Origin: a virus
Lineage: Duplodnaviria; Caudoviricetes
Reading direction: 5' to 3' (one strand)
Virus record (IMG/VR): IMGVR_UViG_3300048861_000045
Span: 1-51,392 of that record
DNA length: 51,392 bases
Below the pieces are notes generated by a model. It did not search any database. It saw only the letters and a program-made list of their open reading frames with translations, and had not been told where the DNA came from. Positions 28,125 to 37,226 of the stretch are shown here, one piece after another; the first letter of the stretch is position 1; each line of letters starts with the position of its first letter. Made by a program: the position numbers and the translations under genes.

Positions 28125-28889
28125 TTACCGAGTAGGCGAAAACCGGATTGCGTTCTGTTGCTTCTGAAAGTCATCAGCGGCTTGCTGGAAACCCTTTGGG
28201 TCAGACTTGAACCAATCGACCTTTTCAGGACCAGTGAGCTTGCCAAATTCCTTCTTATTAGGACCGGTAGCGGCACCGCCGTTCGCTCCACTTCCACCCG
28301 AGCCACCGGCTCCAGATGCCTTGCTTCCTACCACCACCGTTGCAAAGGTGGGTGTTGCAACGAACTCCTTCTGAAGCTCGTCAAAGTTCATTGCCGACAC
28401 GCGACCATCTTTGTCCTTCACCTTGACTGTGGGCACGTCACCGTCATAGACGACTTCGAGCCGAGTCAGGATATGAGGCAGCATCAGCGATGCATTCTCA
28501 GGACTACCAGTGATCGCACCGGCAATCTTGTTGGCCGCGCTTTCTACCAGGGTCTTGTTGAGCGTCCCTGTCAGCGCGGTAATTTTTGCGGTATCAACCG
28601 CCTTCTGAGCATCGAGCTTCTGTTGCCACGAAGCTTCGAGGGTTTTGATGTCGCCAGACTTGCGAGCGGGATCAAGCTTCATCGCATCCAGGTCAGCCTG
28701 CAATGCGTCAGCCTTCTCTTTAGCAATGCGTTTCTCTTCCTTTTCGCGAGCGAGAGCACGAACCAGAGGGCCGTTGTCCTCATCCTCACCAGTGAGTACC
28801 AGCTTGAAATTGTCGCCATCGGCTACGTAGAACAGTTTCAGCTCAGGTGAGAGTGCTTCCCATTCGGCCTTCGTCAGTTTGCGCTTCAT
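28125..28889 (-). CDS. capsid scaffold protein
   Basis: Coiled coil, GSKASGAGG tail, immediately upstream of the capsid gene. Confidence 0.75.
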   Translation of the reverse strand: MKRKLTKAEWEALSPELKLFYVADGDNFKLVLTGEDEDNGPLVRALAREKEEKRIAKEKADALQADLDAMKLDPARKSGDIKTLEASWQQKLDAQKAVDTAKITALTGTLNKTLVESAANKIAGAITGSPENASLMLPHILTRLEVVYDGDVPTVKVKDKDGRVSAMNFDELQKEFVATPTFATVVVGSKASGAGGSGGSGANGGAATGPNKKEFGKLTGPEKVDWFKSDPKGFQQAADDFQKQQNAIRFSPTR

Positions 28890-28898
28890 AAATCCCCT

Positions 28899-29999
28899 TT
28901 AGGTTCTGTCGTCTATGGTCGACATAGTTATGAAATCGATCTTCTTATGGTATTGAGTAAGTGTCAAGGGAATTACAACTCCACTTATAGAAATGTCCTT
29001 CGCTGACTTACTACCTGCCAAGATGCTCGCTGCTAGAGTTACACCAAGCATGTCAACCAGCACCGCTTTAGGTTGTGTGATCAACCATGCGTAGAACGTA
29101 TCAGGGATGTTGTGAAGCTCTGACCCCTCGACTAGCGAGACAGCTTTACTACGGCAGTTGTAGTGAGCTGGCGGCAATGGTCCTTCACCGTAGACGAACA
29201 CTTTGCCGTCAAGCGACATACATATTTCGGTTGTTCTGCTGTCAAGGATTGCAACCCATTGATATTCGTTATAGTAGACGCTGGCGATTGCTGCTTGAGC
29301 CATGCTGCTTATGTGCTGAAGAACAGTTGCGATCAAGGATGTGTTCTGGTTATTGAAGGTGTTGAACAGACCATCTCTGAACTTTAGATCAGGCTCACCG
29401 ACGATCTCAGCTAATGCGTCTTGCGGCGTTTTGCCTAGCGCATAACCTATCGTCAATACACGTCGAGTACGTTCCATCGCTGACTGTGCGAAGCTATCGA
29501 AGGCTTCTTCTATAGTCAGACCTATGCCTGGGATGATCGCTTTGGATATGGATGCCCACAGGAGATTGTTGGCGTCGTTAGTGCCTAGCGTATGCCCGAC
29601 ACCTAGAGTAGAAGGCTTATCGTCAGGCTGTGGCTTGTGGTCGGCAGTCGTAACACCTGCGACTGCTTTATAGATCGCTTGTGTCACGCCCACGTCGGCT
29701 GCAAGGAACTGTTTTAGCAACCCTATAAGTTGCTTGGTGTACCTGCTGTAAAAGATTTGCTGTGCTAATTGAAAGCGCCTAATGAATTCGTTCAGTTCAG
29801 CTTTGGTGAATGCATCTAGGGTTGAATACCTTGTCTTGCCGATGTACTTTGCAAACTCATCGTACAGTTCATTCAGAATCGCTTTGTAGTTCCCTGCAAA
29901 GCCAGATTTGACACCCTCTAGATAAACCTGATGACGAAACAAAAGATCGAACAAGTACCGATTCGAAGGTGTGTTTAGATTGTCCAGTCTCTTGTTCAT
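28899..29999 (-). CDS. minor head morphogenesis protein (Mu gpF/SPP1 gp7-like)
   Basis: WVAILDSRTTEICMSLDG..PPAHYNCRS. Confidence 0.9.
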   Translation of the reverse strand: MNKRLDNLNTPSNRYLFDLLFRHQVYLEGVKSGFAGNYKAILNELYDEFAKYIGKTRYSTLDAFTKAELNEFIRRFQLAQQIFYSRYTKQLIGLLKQFLAADVGVTQAIYKAVAGVTTADHKPQPDDKPSTLGVGHTLGTNDANNLLWASISKAIIPGIGLTIEEAFDSFAQSAMERTRRVLTIGYALGKTPQDALAEIVGEPDLKFRDGLFNTFNNQNTSLIATVLQHISSMAQAAIASVYYNEYQWVAILDSRTTEICMSLDGKVFVYGEGPLPPAHYNCRSKAVSLVEGSELHNIPDTFYAWLITQPKAVLVDMLGVTLAASILAGSKSAKDISISGVVIPLTLTQYHKKIDFITMSTIDDRT

Positions 30000-30211
30000 G
30001 GTTTCACCCTCAAATGCTTTTCACAGAAACAGCATGGAAACATTCGCGTACCGGCTGGCCATACACCAACAAACGTCGACCGGCAATGCTTGCAGTACAA
30101 CTCTGCAAACCTCCAACCTTGTTTGCGCTCAGGCTTGTTCAAGCAGGCAACCGCATAACCGAAACGGTTGCCGCTTATTTTTAGTGCGCGAATTGGATTG
30201 CGGCAGCTCAC
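29996..30211 (-). CDS. Cys-rich hypothetical protein
   Basis: GTGA and ATGA overlaps at the two ends; CKHC and CCFC. Confidence 0.5.
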   Translation of the reverse strand: MSCRNPIRALKISGNRFGYAVACLNKPERKQGWRFAELYCKHCRSTFVGVWPAGTRMFPCCFCEKHLRVKP

Positions 30212-30345
30212 GATTGTTTATTTAGTGCTTTTGGCAATACAGCGTTCACAAGATCACCCAAGCTTTGATACACGAAGAAGTTAGGATCAGTTAGCTGTTG
30301 TTGCCAAAAGAAGTTGAGTGCTCCGTAATTGAGTTGTCTCTTCAT
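30208..30345 (-). CDS. 45-aa hypothetical protein (absent from the ORF track)
   Basis: MKRQLNYGALNFFWQQQLTDPNFFVYQSLGDLVNAVLPKALNKQS; starts 2 nt after the portal stop. Confidence 0.45.
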   Translation of the reverse strand: MKRQLNYGALNFFWQQQLTDPNFFVYQSLGDLVNAVLPKALNKQS

Positions 30346-30347
30346 AG

Positions 30348-31931
30348 TTAGGCTGCTTTGCTTTCTGGTGCTGGTGCGATTGGCGGTGCCTTAGCTGGCG
30401 TTGGAGCGTTCTCAGGTGATGTCGGCTCCTTCGCTTGCAGAGGATCGGCAATTGGAGCACCGCCAACTGTCATTGCTGCTGCGAGTTCTTTGCTGATCTG
30501 GTCAGCAGCTTCTTTGTCGTCAAGATAGGCTGTGCCGTCAACCTTCAACACTGTGCGCATCTCTTCGAATGCAATAGCTCCGCTCTGCCACAGCTTGACG
30601 ACAGCTAGCCTATCGTTCGCATTCATGCGAGTCAGTTCAAACTCAGTATTCAGTTGATATTCGATCTCGCTATCGTCAGCACCGACGAACCTGCAAGCCC
30701 ACTTCAAACACTTTTCCATTGCAGCAGATACGTTCTTCGCTACGTTGTGAAGAGTAGAGCTTTCAGAAGTGGTGTCAACCATGACTTCGGTCGCCGTACG
30801 TACTGTCTTCTGATTCATAACGAGCTTCGCACCTAGTGCTAGAGCCTGCTCTTCTTTGGCCTTCATGGCCTCTAGGGGCATCTGATTTGGTTCAGCCTGC
30901 AACAACTTTGCATCAGCGTTAGGCGGTAGTGAAATCGAGCCTCTTGATCCAAGCTGAACGGCACCCTTTAGAACGTTCTCAACCCATTGCTCAGTAACAC
31001 CAGTTATGACAGGCGTTGGCTGACCAACCATAAAGCAAGACTCCTCGTAGTCTGCCGAGTTTCGATAATGAGCAATGTTGATCGATGCGAGATCGTACAA
31101 CGGCGGTCGATCAGGCCATACGTCATTTGCCTCGGAGCCTGTGAACTGAAACGGAATCTCGTCAAACGCTTTACCGTTTGAATCTCGCGGTGTGTACGTT
31201 TGGGTAGGTGAATGATCGGCCTTATCAGGAGCAGTTTTGCTCCATATTGTTACCGTGTATGTCCAGGTGGTTGGATCAAGCCTCAAGACACGATAGGTAA
31301 TGGCATCTTCAAGTTGGAACTCATCAACCTCAACCTTGTTGATCTCCTTCAGTACGACAAGCGAAAGTACATGTTTAGCGCCTCGCTGTATCGTAGCCCA
31401 ATTGATAATCTGCCACGGCCAATATTGTTTGATAGTCGGCTGGATGTTGTTGGTCTTCATCTCGGCAACAGTCGTTGCGCCGTTTGTGGGTGGATAGTCA
31501 GTAAGCAAACCGCCACGGCCAAACGATATTGCACTCTGAACGGATCGTTTGCTTACTTGCTCAAGATTGAGACCGTCGCCATCAGCGTTATCCTCCAACA
31601 TCGACAACTCTTTCGGAATAGTAGACACCGGAGGACGAAGGAACACCTGTCCAACCAGACCATCCCGAGTGCGCGAGGTCATGTTGTACCATACTGCTCG
31701 CTCAACATAAGCTTTGTATCGAGCATCGTTTTCCGATGATCGATCAGTTGGATTAGGTTGAGGCAAATACTTGCGAGCGTTCCGGCGGTCAACAGTCAAT
31801 CCGTTGTAATATTCTGCTCGCATCCCATACTCACCCTTGATCGCGGTTTCGCCCTCGATTGCATCGCGAACCATCAACCAGATAGGCATCATGTATGCTG
31901 CTTCAGACCTTACGAAACCGACATTCGGCAT
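30348..31931 (-). CDS. portal protein (DUF4055-type)
   Basis: YLPQP..Y..RA.WYN; PLYDLASINIAHYRNSADYEE; follows terL. Confidence 0.9.
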   Translation of the reverse strand: MPNVGFVRSEAAYMMPIWLMVRDAIEGETAIKGEYGMRAEYYNGLTVDRRNARKYLPQPNPTDRSSENDARYKAYVERAVWYNMTSRTRDGLVGQVFLRPPVSTIPKELSMLEDNADGDGLNLEQVSKRSVQSAISFGRGGLLTDYPPTNGATTVAEMKTNNIQPTIKQYWPWQIINWATIQRGAKHVLSLVVLKEINKVEVDEFQLEDAITYRVLRLDPTTWTYTVTIWSKTAPDKADHSPTQTYTPRDSNGKAFDEIPFQFTGSEANDVWPDRPPLYDLASINIAHYRNSADYEESCFMVGQPTPVITGVTEQWVENVLKGAVQLGSRGSISLPPNADAKLLQAEPNQMPLEAMKAKEEQALALGAKLVMNQKTVRTATEVMVDTTSESSTLHNVAKNVSAAMEKCLKWACRFVGADDSEIEYQLNTEFELTRMNANDRLAVVKLWQSGAIAFEEMRTVLKVDGTAYLDDKEAADQISKELAAAMTVGGAPIADPLQAKEPTSPENAPTPAKAPPIAPAPESKAA

Positions 31932-31942
31932 GTGTTGCTCCC

Positions 31943-33508
31943 TTATGCTGCAAACTTGACTTTTACAAACTTGGCGGTGCGATCTGTGCCCTCTAACACT
32001 CGGTAACGAGTGTCGTCATACGGGTGATCTTCAGACTCAGAATCAACGTCATCTTCGTTCTCTTCGTCTCGCGATAAAACCGGAATAGTTGAGATTGCCG
32101 CGATACAATTTGCAGTAAAGTACAACCCTGGGCCTTCGCCTTTGACTGCGTTCTCAAAGCGACCGCGAATCAATTCAAGGCCATGCTTGCGCGAGCCTTG
32201 CGACTTATCACTCTTTGTCCAGCGAATGCCTTCATCAGCCATCTTCTTCTCGATAGTTTCAACGTCACTCTCGCGCACATCTCGAATCTGATTGTCAGCA
32301 GGTCCAGAGTAAGGTTGGCTGAGAATCCAACCCTTCGCCATCATGTCTATTTCGCGATCTCGTATTCCTCTTGCGATGTCCTTGGCAGACATCTTCACGC
32401 CTTTGTTGATGATCTTCGAATCGCAGCCGTACCACTCAGCTATGCGAATAATTGAACCGCGCTGAGGCGTCCAAGTTTTGCCGTCAAGCATTGTGACAGT
32501 CTCACCATTGGCTTCGCACCACCAGCCCACAGAGAAGGGCGCTGAGCTGCCCCAATCGAACGTTCTATTGATGTACCAGTTCGCCGGTACAACGAAGCGA
32601 GGAACGACGTGTATAGCGCGATTCCAGAGATCGTCAAAAGCACCACCAGAGATGACATCCCAACTACCTTCGAGCCAGGACTTACGCTGATTAGGATCGC
32701 TGATCTCTTCCAGCTCTGCGATGTATGCAGGATCGAGATAGATGTTCTCTTTGTACGAACCGAAGATTGCAACCTGGGTCTTTACGAACTTCTCGCGCTT
32801 CTGTGTCTTCGGATTGAAGACCCATGTTTCTCTGCTGAAAGGTACGCCATACGGCGCAACGTCGATGAAACGAGCCTTTACCCAACGATGACCAGGACCA
32901 GAGCTGTTGCATGTTGAGAAGGTCTCAAGACGCATCGGCGGCACAAGGTAAATGCCGTTCTTGTCCTTCGGACTATCCTTCTCTTGCGTCCACGATGAGC
33001 GGTTGCAAGACATCATCATGTCGTACAGCTCAGATGTCGGATACTTCGTCAGCTCGTTCCAACCAATGAACGGATATTCATGACCGTGATAGTTGTCATA
33101 GTCGGCCTTCTTACGAATGACACGAAACAACAGTTCTTCGCCGGTATCCCAAACCCACTTGTAATCGCCCTTCGATTCGAGGAAACGGCAACGATTGCCA
33201 AAGATGCGTGGAAACCACTTCTTCGACTTGTTTACAAGGTCGTCAAGGTTCTTGTAGGCACGATCAAAGATGATTCCTCGCCACGCTTCGCCATAGCCAA
33301 CACCAACCTTTCGAGCAAAGCGCATGAGTTGTGTATCGGTCTTACCAGGACCACGCGAACCTGTGTACAACGTATGATCGGCGCGAGAGTCCAGCGCGAA
33401 AGCCTGCGATGACTGAGGTATCGGTTGCCAAACAACATTCAACGGAGCCTGACGTTTGTCGTTGGCTCGCGTGATACTCCGCAGTGCGTCGTCGCTAGTT
33501 AGCGGCAT
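31943..33508 (-). CDS. terL: terminase large subunit
   Basis: GSRGPGKT Walker A, IGWNEL Walker B, FDWGSS nuclease motif, EDHPYDDTRY. Confidence 0.92.
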   Translation of the reverse strand: MPLTSDDALRSITRANDKRQAPLNVVWQPIPQSSQAFALDSRADHTLYTGSRGPGKTDTQLMRFARKVGVGYGEAWRGIIFDRAYKNLDDLVNKSKKWFPRIFGNRCRFLESKGDYKWVWDTGEELLFRVIRKKADYDNYHGHEYPFIGWNELTKYPTSELYDMMMSCNRSSWTQEKDSPKDKNGIYLVPPMRLETFSTCNSSGPGHRWVKARFIDVAPYGVPFSRETWVFNPKTQKREKFVKTQVAIFGSYKENIYLDPAYIAELEEISDPNQRKSWLEGSWDVISGGAFDDLWNRAIHVVPRFVVPANWYINRTFDWGSSAPFSVGWWCEANGETVTMLDGKTWTPQRGSIIRIAEWYGCDSKIINKGVKMSAKDIARGIRDREIDMMAKGWILSQPYSGPADNQIRDVRESDVETIEKKMADEGIRWTKSDKSQGSRKHGLELIRGRFENAVKGEGPGLYFTANCIAAISTIPVLSRDEENEDDVDSESEDHPYDDTRYRVLEGTDRTAKFVKVKFAA

Positions 33509-33959
33509 TCAGCACCAAGTTCTTCTGTTGTGCGGCTGCTTTATTTGCCCACTGATCATCGGAGCCGTGATCAGTCATAACCAGCACGTTGTTGACTTTG
33601 ACATCGACAGCAACATTCGCACCGGGCTTCTCGATATAGCCCATTACGTTGCAGTACAGCTTCATCAGCTTCTCGAAACCTTCTGCATCACGAATATCTT
33701 TTGCTCGCTCCAAGATCATCCGTGCGATCTCGTATCGATTCGGCAAGAATGCTGCTTCGCCGTTTTCTTCGGTCAACCGCTCCATCTCTTCAATAACAAA
33801 TAGATCGAAGGGCAGCTCCTTAGCTGCGAGCAACGCTACACCAGGATTAGCAATGATTGAGAGCGCAGCGGTGTTCGCGTTCTTCGTTCGAAGAAGTTCG
33901 CGAGCAAAGCGGGTCTTCGTTGCATTGTCAATTGTCGGAATAGCGGGAGCGGTTGCCAT
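33495..33959 (-). CDS. terS: terminase small subunit
   Basis: Directly upstream of and overlapping terL; size; KLYCNVMGYIEKP. Confidence 0.65.
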   Translation of the reverse strand: MATAPAIPTIDNATKTRFARELLRTKNANTAALSIIANPGVALLAAKELPFDLFVIEEMERLTEENGEAAFLPNRYEIARMILERAKDIRDAEGFEKLMKLYCNVMGYIEKPGANVAVDVKVNNVLVMTDHGSDDQWANKAAAQQKNLVLNAAN

Positions 33960-33971
33960 TGAAATTTCGCC

Positions 33972-34340
33972 TTACTGTTGAACAGGTTGATTTGAAGTCG
34001 GTGCGGGGAACGTCGGTGCAGGCTGATCTTCTGGAACGGTTACTGTTGGCGGTGCGATACTGATTTGCTGAGTTGCACTTGGGAACAACGAAGTGAACGC
34101 AGCAACCTTCGATTCAGCCAGGGATAGATCAGTCTTGAGATCGAGAATGACTTGGCTTGTCTCGCCTCTTGCTCTCTCGAAAGCAGTCTTCAATTCGTCA
34201 GCCTGAGCCTGAAGCGCAGCTACTTCCTTCGCATGTTTCTCTTTCACTTCGCTAACGCAGTTTGCAACGAAGGTTCGAACTGTGGGACCAGCGATGATGC
34301 CAACAACAAACGCAATGGCAATGTAGACAATAGACGACAT
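33972..34340 (-). CDS. membrane-anchored coiled-coil protein (lysis cassette)
   Basis: N-terminal TM, coiled coil, Pro-rich tail; RBS GGAGG. Confidence 0.55.
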   Translation of the reverse strand: MSSIVYIAIAFVVGIIAGPTVRTFVANCVSEVKEKHAKEVAALQAQADELKTAFERARGETSQVILDLKTDLSLAESKVAAFTSLFPSATQQISIAPPTVTVPEDQPAPTFPAPTSNQPVQQ

Positions 34341-34353
34341 GTGATACCTCCCT

Positions 34354-34965
34354 TTAGTGGTGTTCGACAACTAAGGCAACAACTGCGCCTGTAGCAGCGC
34401 CAGCGCCTAACCATTTCAAAGCAGTCTTAGTTCGCTGCCACTTCGTTCCACCTTTCAACGCTTGGTGGTCCTGTTCAATTTGTGTGTCCTTGATCGCGAT
34501 TGTTGATTCTTGGTTGGCGACCGTAACCTGGCACGATGCAAGTTTGACTTCGTTCGCTTTGCAATCAACCTGTGTATCGTAGAATGCTTTAGCGTCGATT
34601 CCAGGGATGATCAAATCCCCTTCCTTCGGTCCATCTGGAATCTCTTCAACCGCTTTGGCTTGCTCCGGTGTAACCTGCCTAATCGGTTCACCAAGCTTGA
34701 TCACTTGCGACAGAGCTTTGACCACCTGAGCAGGCGTCTGTACCTGTTGCTTCATCGCGACGTAGGTCTTCAGCGCGTCGGCAAGCTGCTGCTGGTTTGC
34801 CTTCTCTCGCGTCAGGATCGCATCAGCAGCGGCCTTGTTGACCTTCTCTTGAGCTGCGAGAACAGCGTTTGCCTCATGCTCTTTGATCCAGGCGTAGCCA
34901 ACGAAAGCAACGACGCCAGTCAAACAAAGTGCAAGCGCGAGTGTGATCTTGTGTGCGTTAGTCAT
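34354..34965 (-). CDS. spanin-like (Rz-like) membrane protein
   Basis: N-terminal TM, coiled coil, two Cys and a C-terminal hydrophobic segment; downstream of the endolysin. Confidence 0.5.
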   Translation of the reverse strand: MTNAHKITLALALCLTGVVAFVGYAWIKEHEANAVLAAQEKVNKAAADAILTREKANQQQLADALKTYVAMKQQVQTPAQVVKALSQVIKLGEPIRQVTPEQAKAVEEIPDGPKEGDLIIPGIDAKAFYDTQVDCKANEVKLASCQVTVANQESTIAIKDTQIEQDHQALKGGTKWQRTKTALKWLGAGAATGAVVALVVEHH

Positions 34966-35254
34966 ATCCTTCAACTTTCCGAGGAGTCTTAGGTTCGTCT
35001 TTCATCGCACCGATGTGCCAATCCATACTAGGAATACGTTTGCGCCAGTTCAACGCACCTAATGCAACAACCTTCGTCATACCCATCCAAAACCAACGCA
35101 GCTTAGGTCGAGCAATTCGCTCGTATTTGGGCAGCGCGTTCGCAGCGACCGAACAACCGGTGACAACAAGCATGGCGAACTTTCCCATGCTCATAAGCTT
35201 CGCGCTGAGTGCATCGAAGTCTGTTGCCCACAGTGATTGAATGATAGGTTTCAT
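34958..35254 (-). CDS. putative holin
   Basis: Two hydrophobic segments and a charged C-terminus; ATGA-coupled to the endolysin. Confidence 0.45.
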   Translation of the reverse strand: MKPIIQSLWATDFDALSAKLMSMGKFAMLVVTGCSVAANALPKYERIARPKLRWFWMGMTKVVALGALNWRKRIPSMDWHIGAMKDEPKTPRKVEGYD

Positions 35255-35694
35255 GGCCGCAGGAACAACTCTCTTTCTGCCGCACGGCGACGAGTCAAAC
35301 CCTTGTTCGGTACTCCACCAGCCTTGTTCCAACGTCCAAACTCATTCGCAGCAGCTTGAACGTTGCCAGAGCGAAGATAGGTCATCAAAGTGGAGCCTGC
35401 GAGCGATTGACCGCCAAGATTGAAGACGAAACTAACAAGAGCGTCGTGCTGGTGTTGAGTGATGTTTAGACCGTTGCAAATACGGTTCACGTCGTCATCA
35501 CACGCACCGAGATTGTGATCCAAGTCAGCGTCAGCCTGTGCCTGGGTGATTGGTTTGGTTGCCGCAGTGACACCGTGCGTATTGCCGTAGCCGTTGGTCC
35601 AAACGCCAACCTGATCTTTGTAGGCTTTCAGCTCGCATCCTTCGAACTCTTTGACGAGCGAAGTGCAAGCATCACTATGTGTGCGCTGCGTCAT
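35251..35694 (-). CDS. endolysin, GH24 lysozyme
   Basis: FEG..L.AY.D..GVWT.GYG.T, ALVSFVFNLG and GLTRRRAAE. Confidence 0.92.
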   Translation of the reverse strand: MTQRTHSDACTSLVKEFEGCELKAYKDQVGVWTNGYGNTHGVTAATKPITQAQADADLDHNLGACDDDVNRICNGLNITQHQHDALVSFVFNLGGQSLAGSTLMTYLRSGNVQAAANEFGRWNKAGGVPNKGLTRRRAAERELFLRP

Positions 35695-36124
35695 GATTCC
35701 TTCTTCCCTCGGCAGACTTTGGTGTTCGCCCAATGGACTGTATGCCGATTTGTCCACCTAAGATCGCGCAGATGATCCAAAAGAAAAACGTCTGCTTTGT
35801 GTCTTGACTGGCTAGTTCTTTCCCTTGTGAAACGACTGTGGTTGTCAGTTCTTTGTTCGAAGTAACCAACGCATCGATGCTTGCCTTCATATAGGCGATA
35901 TCGCCGTCCTGCTTGATGTCCTCGCCGGACACAGGAACCGTTGTCCAGGGGGTAGGTGACTGAGCACCTGAAGGCGGATGACCGCTCAAAGCTGCAATTG
36001 CAACGATGATCAGGAGAGACACTTTTAGACCAAGGGTTATGCGTTCACGAAGAGACAAGTCGGAGATCCTCTGATGTAACGTCCATGACCTTCTGCCTCG
36101 CAAGTGCGCATAGACACGGTTCAT
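35675..36124 (-). CDS. two-TM membrane protein, first gene of the late operon (holin/antiholin candidate)
   Basis: Two TM segments flanking a coiled coil; ATG 6 nt after a -10 box. Confidence 0.55.
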   Translation of the reverse strand: MNRVYAHLRGRRSWTLHQRISDLSLRERITLGLKVSLLIIVAIAALSGHPPSGAQSPTPWTTVPVSGEDIKQDGDIAYMKASIDALVTSNKELTTTVVSQGKELASQDTKQTFFFWIICAILGGQIGIQSIGRTPKSAEGRRNHDAAHT

Positions 36125-36130
36125 TTTCGG

Positions 36131-36159
36131 ATAGTAACACTGTCGACTATTGACGACAA
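36131..36159 (-). promoter_or_regulatory. late operon promoter TTGTCG-N17-TACTAT, leaderless, overlapped by a perfect 18-bp operator (36141-36158)
   Basis: 17-nt spacer; ATG 6 nt downstream of the -10; TGTCGACTATTGACGACA. Confidence 0.65.
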
Positions 36160-36176
36160 GATTTATCACACATGCA

Positions 36177-36208
36177 GAAAAACCAGCCCCTTGTTGCGAG
36201 GCTGGTTC
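36177..36208 (-). terminator. rho-independent terminator
   Basis: AACCAGCC...GGCTGGTT stem running into TTTTTC on the minus strand. Confidence 0.7.
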
Positions 36209-36232
36209 TCTACTTCACTTTGGGAGAGCTGG

Positions 36233-36808
36233 TTACTTCTCGCGGATCACGTACGCGCCAGTGATCTTTCCATCTTCGATCTTCTTACGAACGGTGAACT
36301 TCGCGCCGTTCTTGGCTCGCTTGTTAGCACTGCCAACCGTCGATGCGAGGCTCTTAGCCGGGTTTGGCTTGGCATCGGTCGCCGGAACGAAGATCGCAGC
36401 GTACTTGATCTTTCCATCGATCTCTTTAGGAGCTTCGAGGGATTCGAACTTGTAATCGCCGCCCTTGTTGCCGCCTTTGTTGATCGGAGGTAGTTCGTCA
36501 AGCCAAACCGGTTCAAAATTCATTGGTTCTGGCTTTGACTCAGCTTTGCTTGCCGTCGCCGAAGTTGAAGTGGTTGCGTTTGCAGCAATAGCGTCGATTG
36601 CTTCCTGAGTTGCAACAGCCTTCACATTGCCTTCTGAATCCTTGGTGCTGGCATCGATGGTGATGAAACTAGGCTCAGCCTTATGAAGCTTGTCAAGCTC
36701 TGCCTTCGGTGCGAAACCAAAACCTGCCGAAGTAGTTGCGCCGACAATAAAAGTCAGCAGGCCGAAAAGACCTTCACGTTGTGCCTTATTCTTGACTGAA
36801 TCGAGCAT
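36233..36808 (-). CDS. hypothetical phage protein, possibly DNA-binding
   Basis: Own promoter, RBS AGGAG and terminator; YKFESLE..IFVPAT..LASTVGSANKR..FTVR. Confidence 0.7.
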   Translation of the reverse strand: MLDSVKNKAQREGLFGLLTFIVGATTSAGFGFAPKAELDKLHKAEPSFITIDASTKDSEGNVKAVATQEAIDAIAANATTSTSATASKAESKPEPMNFEPVWLDELPPINKGGNKGGDYKFESLEAPKEIDGKIKYAAIFVPATDAKPNPAKSLASTVGSANKRAKNGAKFTVRKKIEDGKITGAYVIREK

Positions 36809-36859
36809 GAATTATGTTCTCCTGTGGTTTATAACTCGTAGATGTTTGCGTGTGAACTA

Positions 36860-36888
36860 ACCTTATTCGCACGGTCAATCGATGTCAA
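36860..36888 (-). promoter_or_regulatory. sigma70-like promoter TTGACA-N17-TAAGGT
   Basis: Consensus -35 and 17-nt spacer. Confidence 0.65.
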
Positions 36889-36889
36889 A

Positions 36890-37159
36890 CTAAATTTGAT
36901 ATTGTTTGATCAACCAAGTTCGTTGATTGTCGACACCATTCTCCTTCCACGTTTCCAGATAACCTATGCAAACTCCTGGCAGATGCTTGAACATGCCGAG
37001 TGCAACAGGAGTGATGTCGTGATCAACATTTCCAACGGCATCCCTCAATTGATTGAATGCTTCAGTCAGAGATGTGTTGACAATAGACGACATTGGATCG
37101 CCAGCCGAATAACTACCGTCGCCGTGATCAATTCCTTCTACAATCAGATACTTGCTCAT
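36890..37159 (-). CDS. hypothetical protein
   Basis: RBS GGAGAG before MSKYLIV. Confidence 0.6.
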   Translation of the reverse strand: MSKYLIVEGIDHGDGSYSAGDPMSSIVNTSLTEAFNQLRDAVGNVDHDITPVALGMFKHLPGVCIGYLETWKENGVDNQRTWLIKQYQI

Positions 37160-37226
37160 ATTAAACTCTCCAGATACATACCTAGGACAAACAGCGCCAT
37201 AACGATAGGTAGTGCTACTCGCGCTC

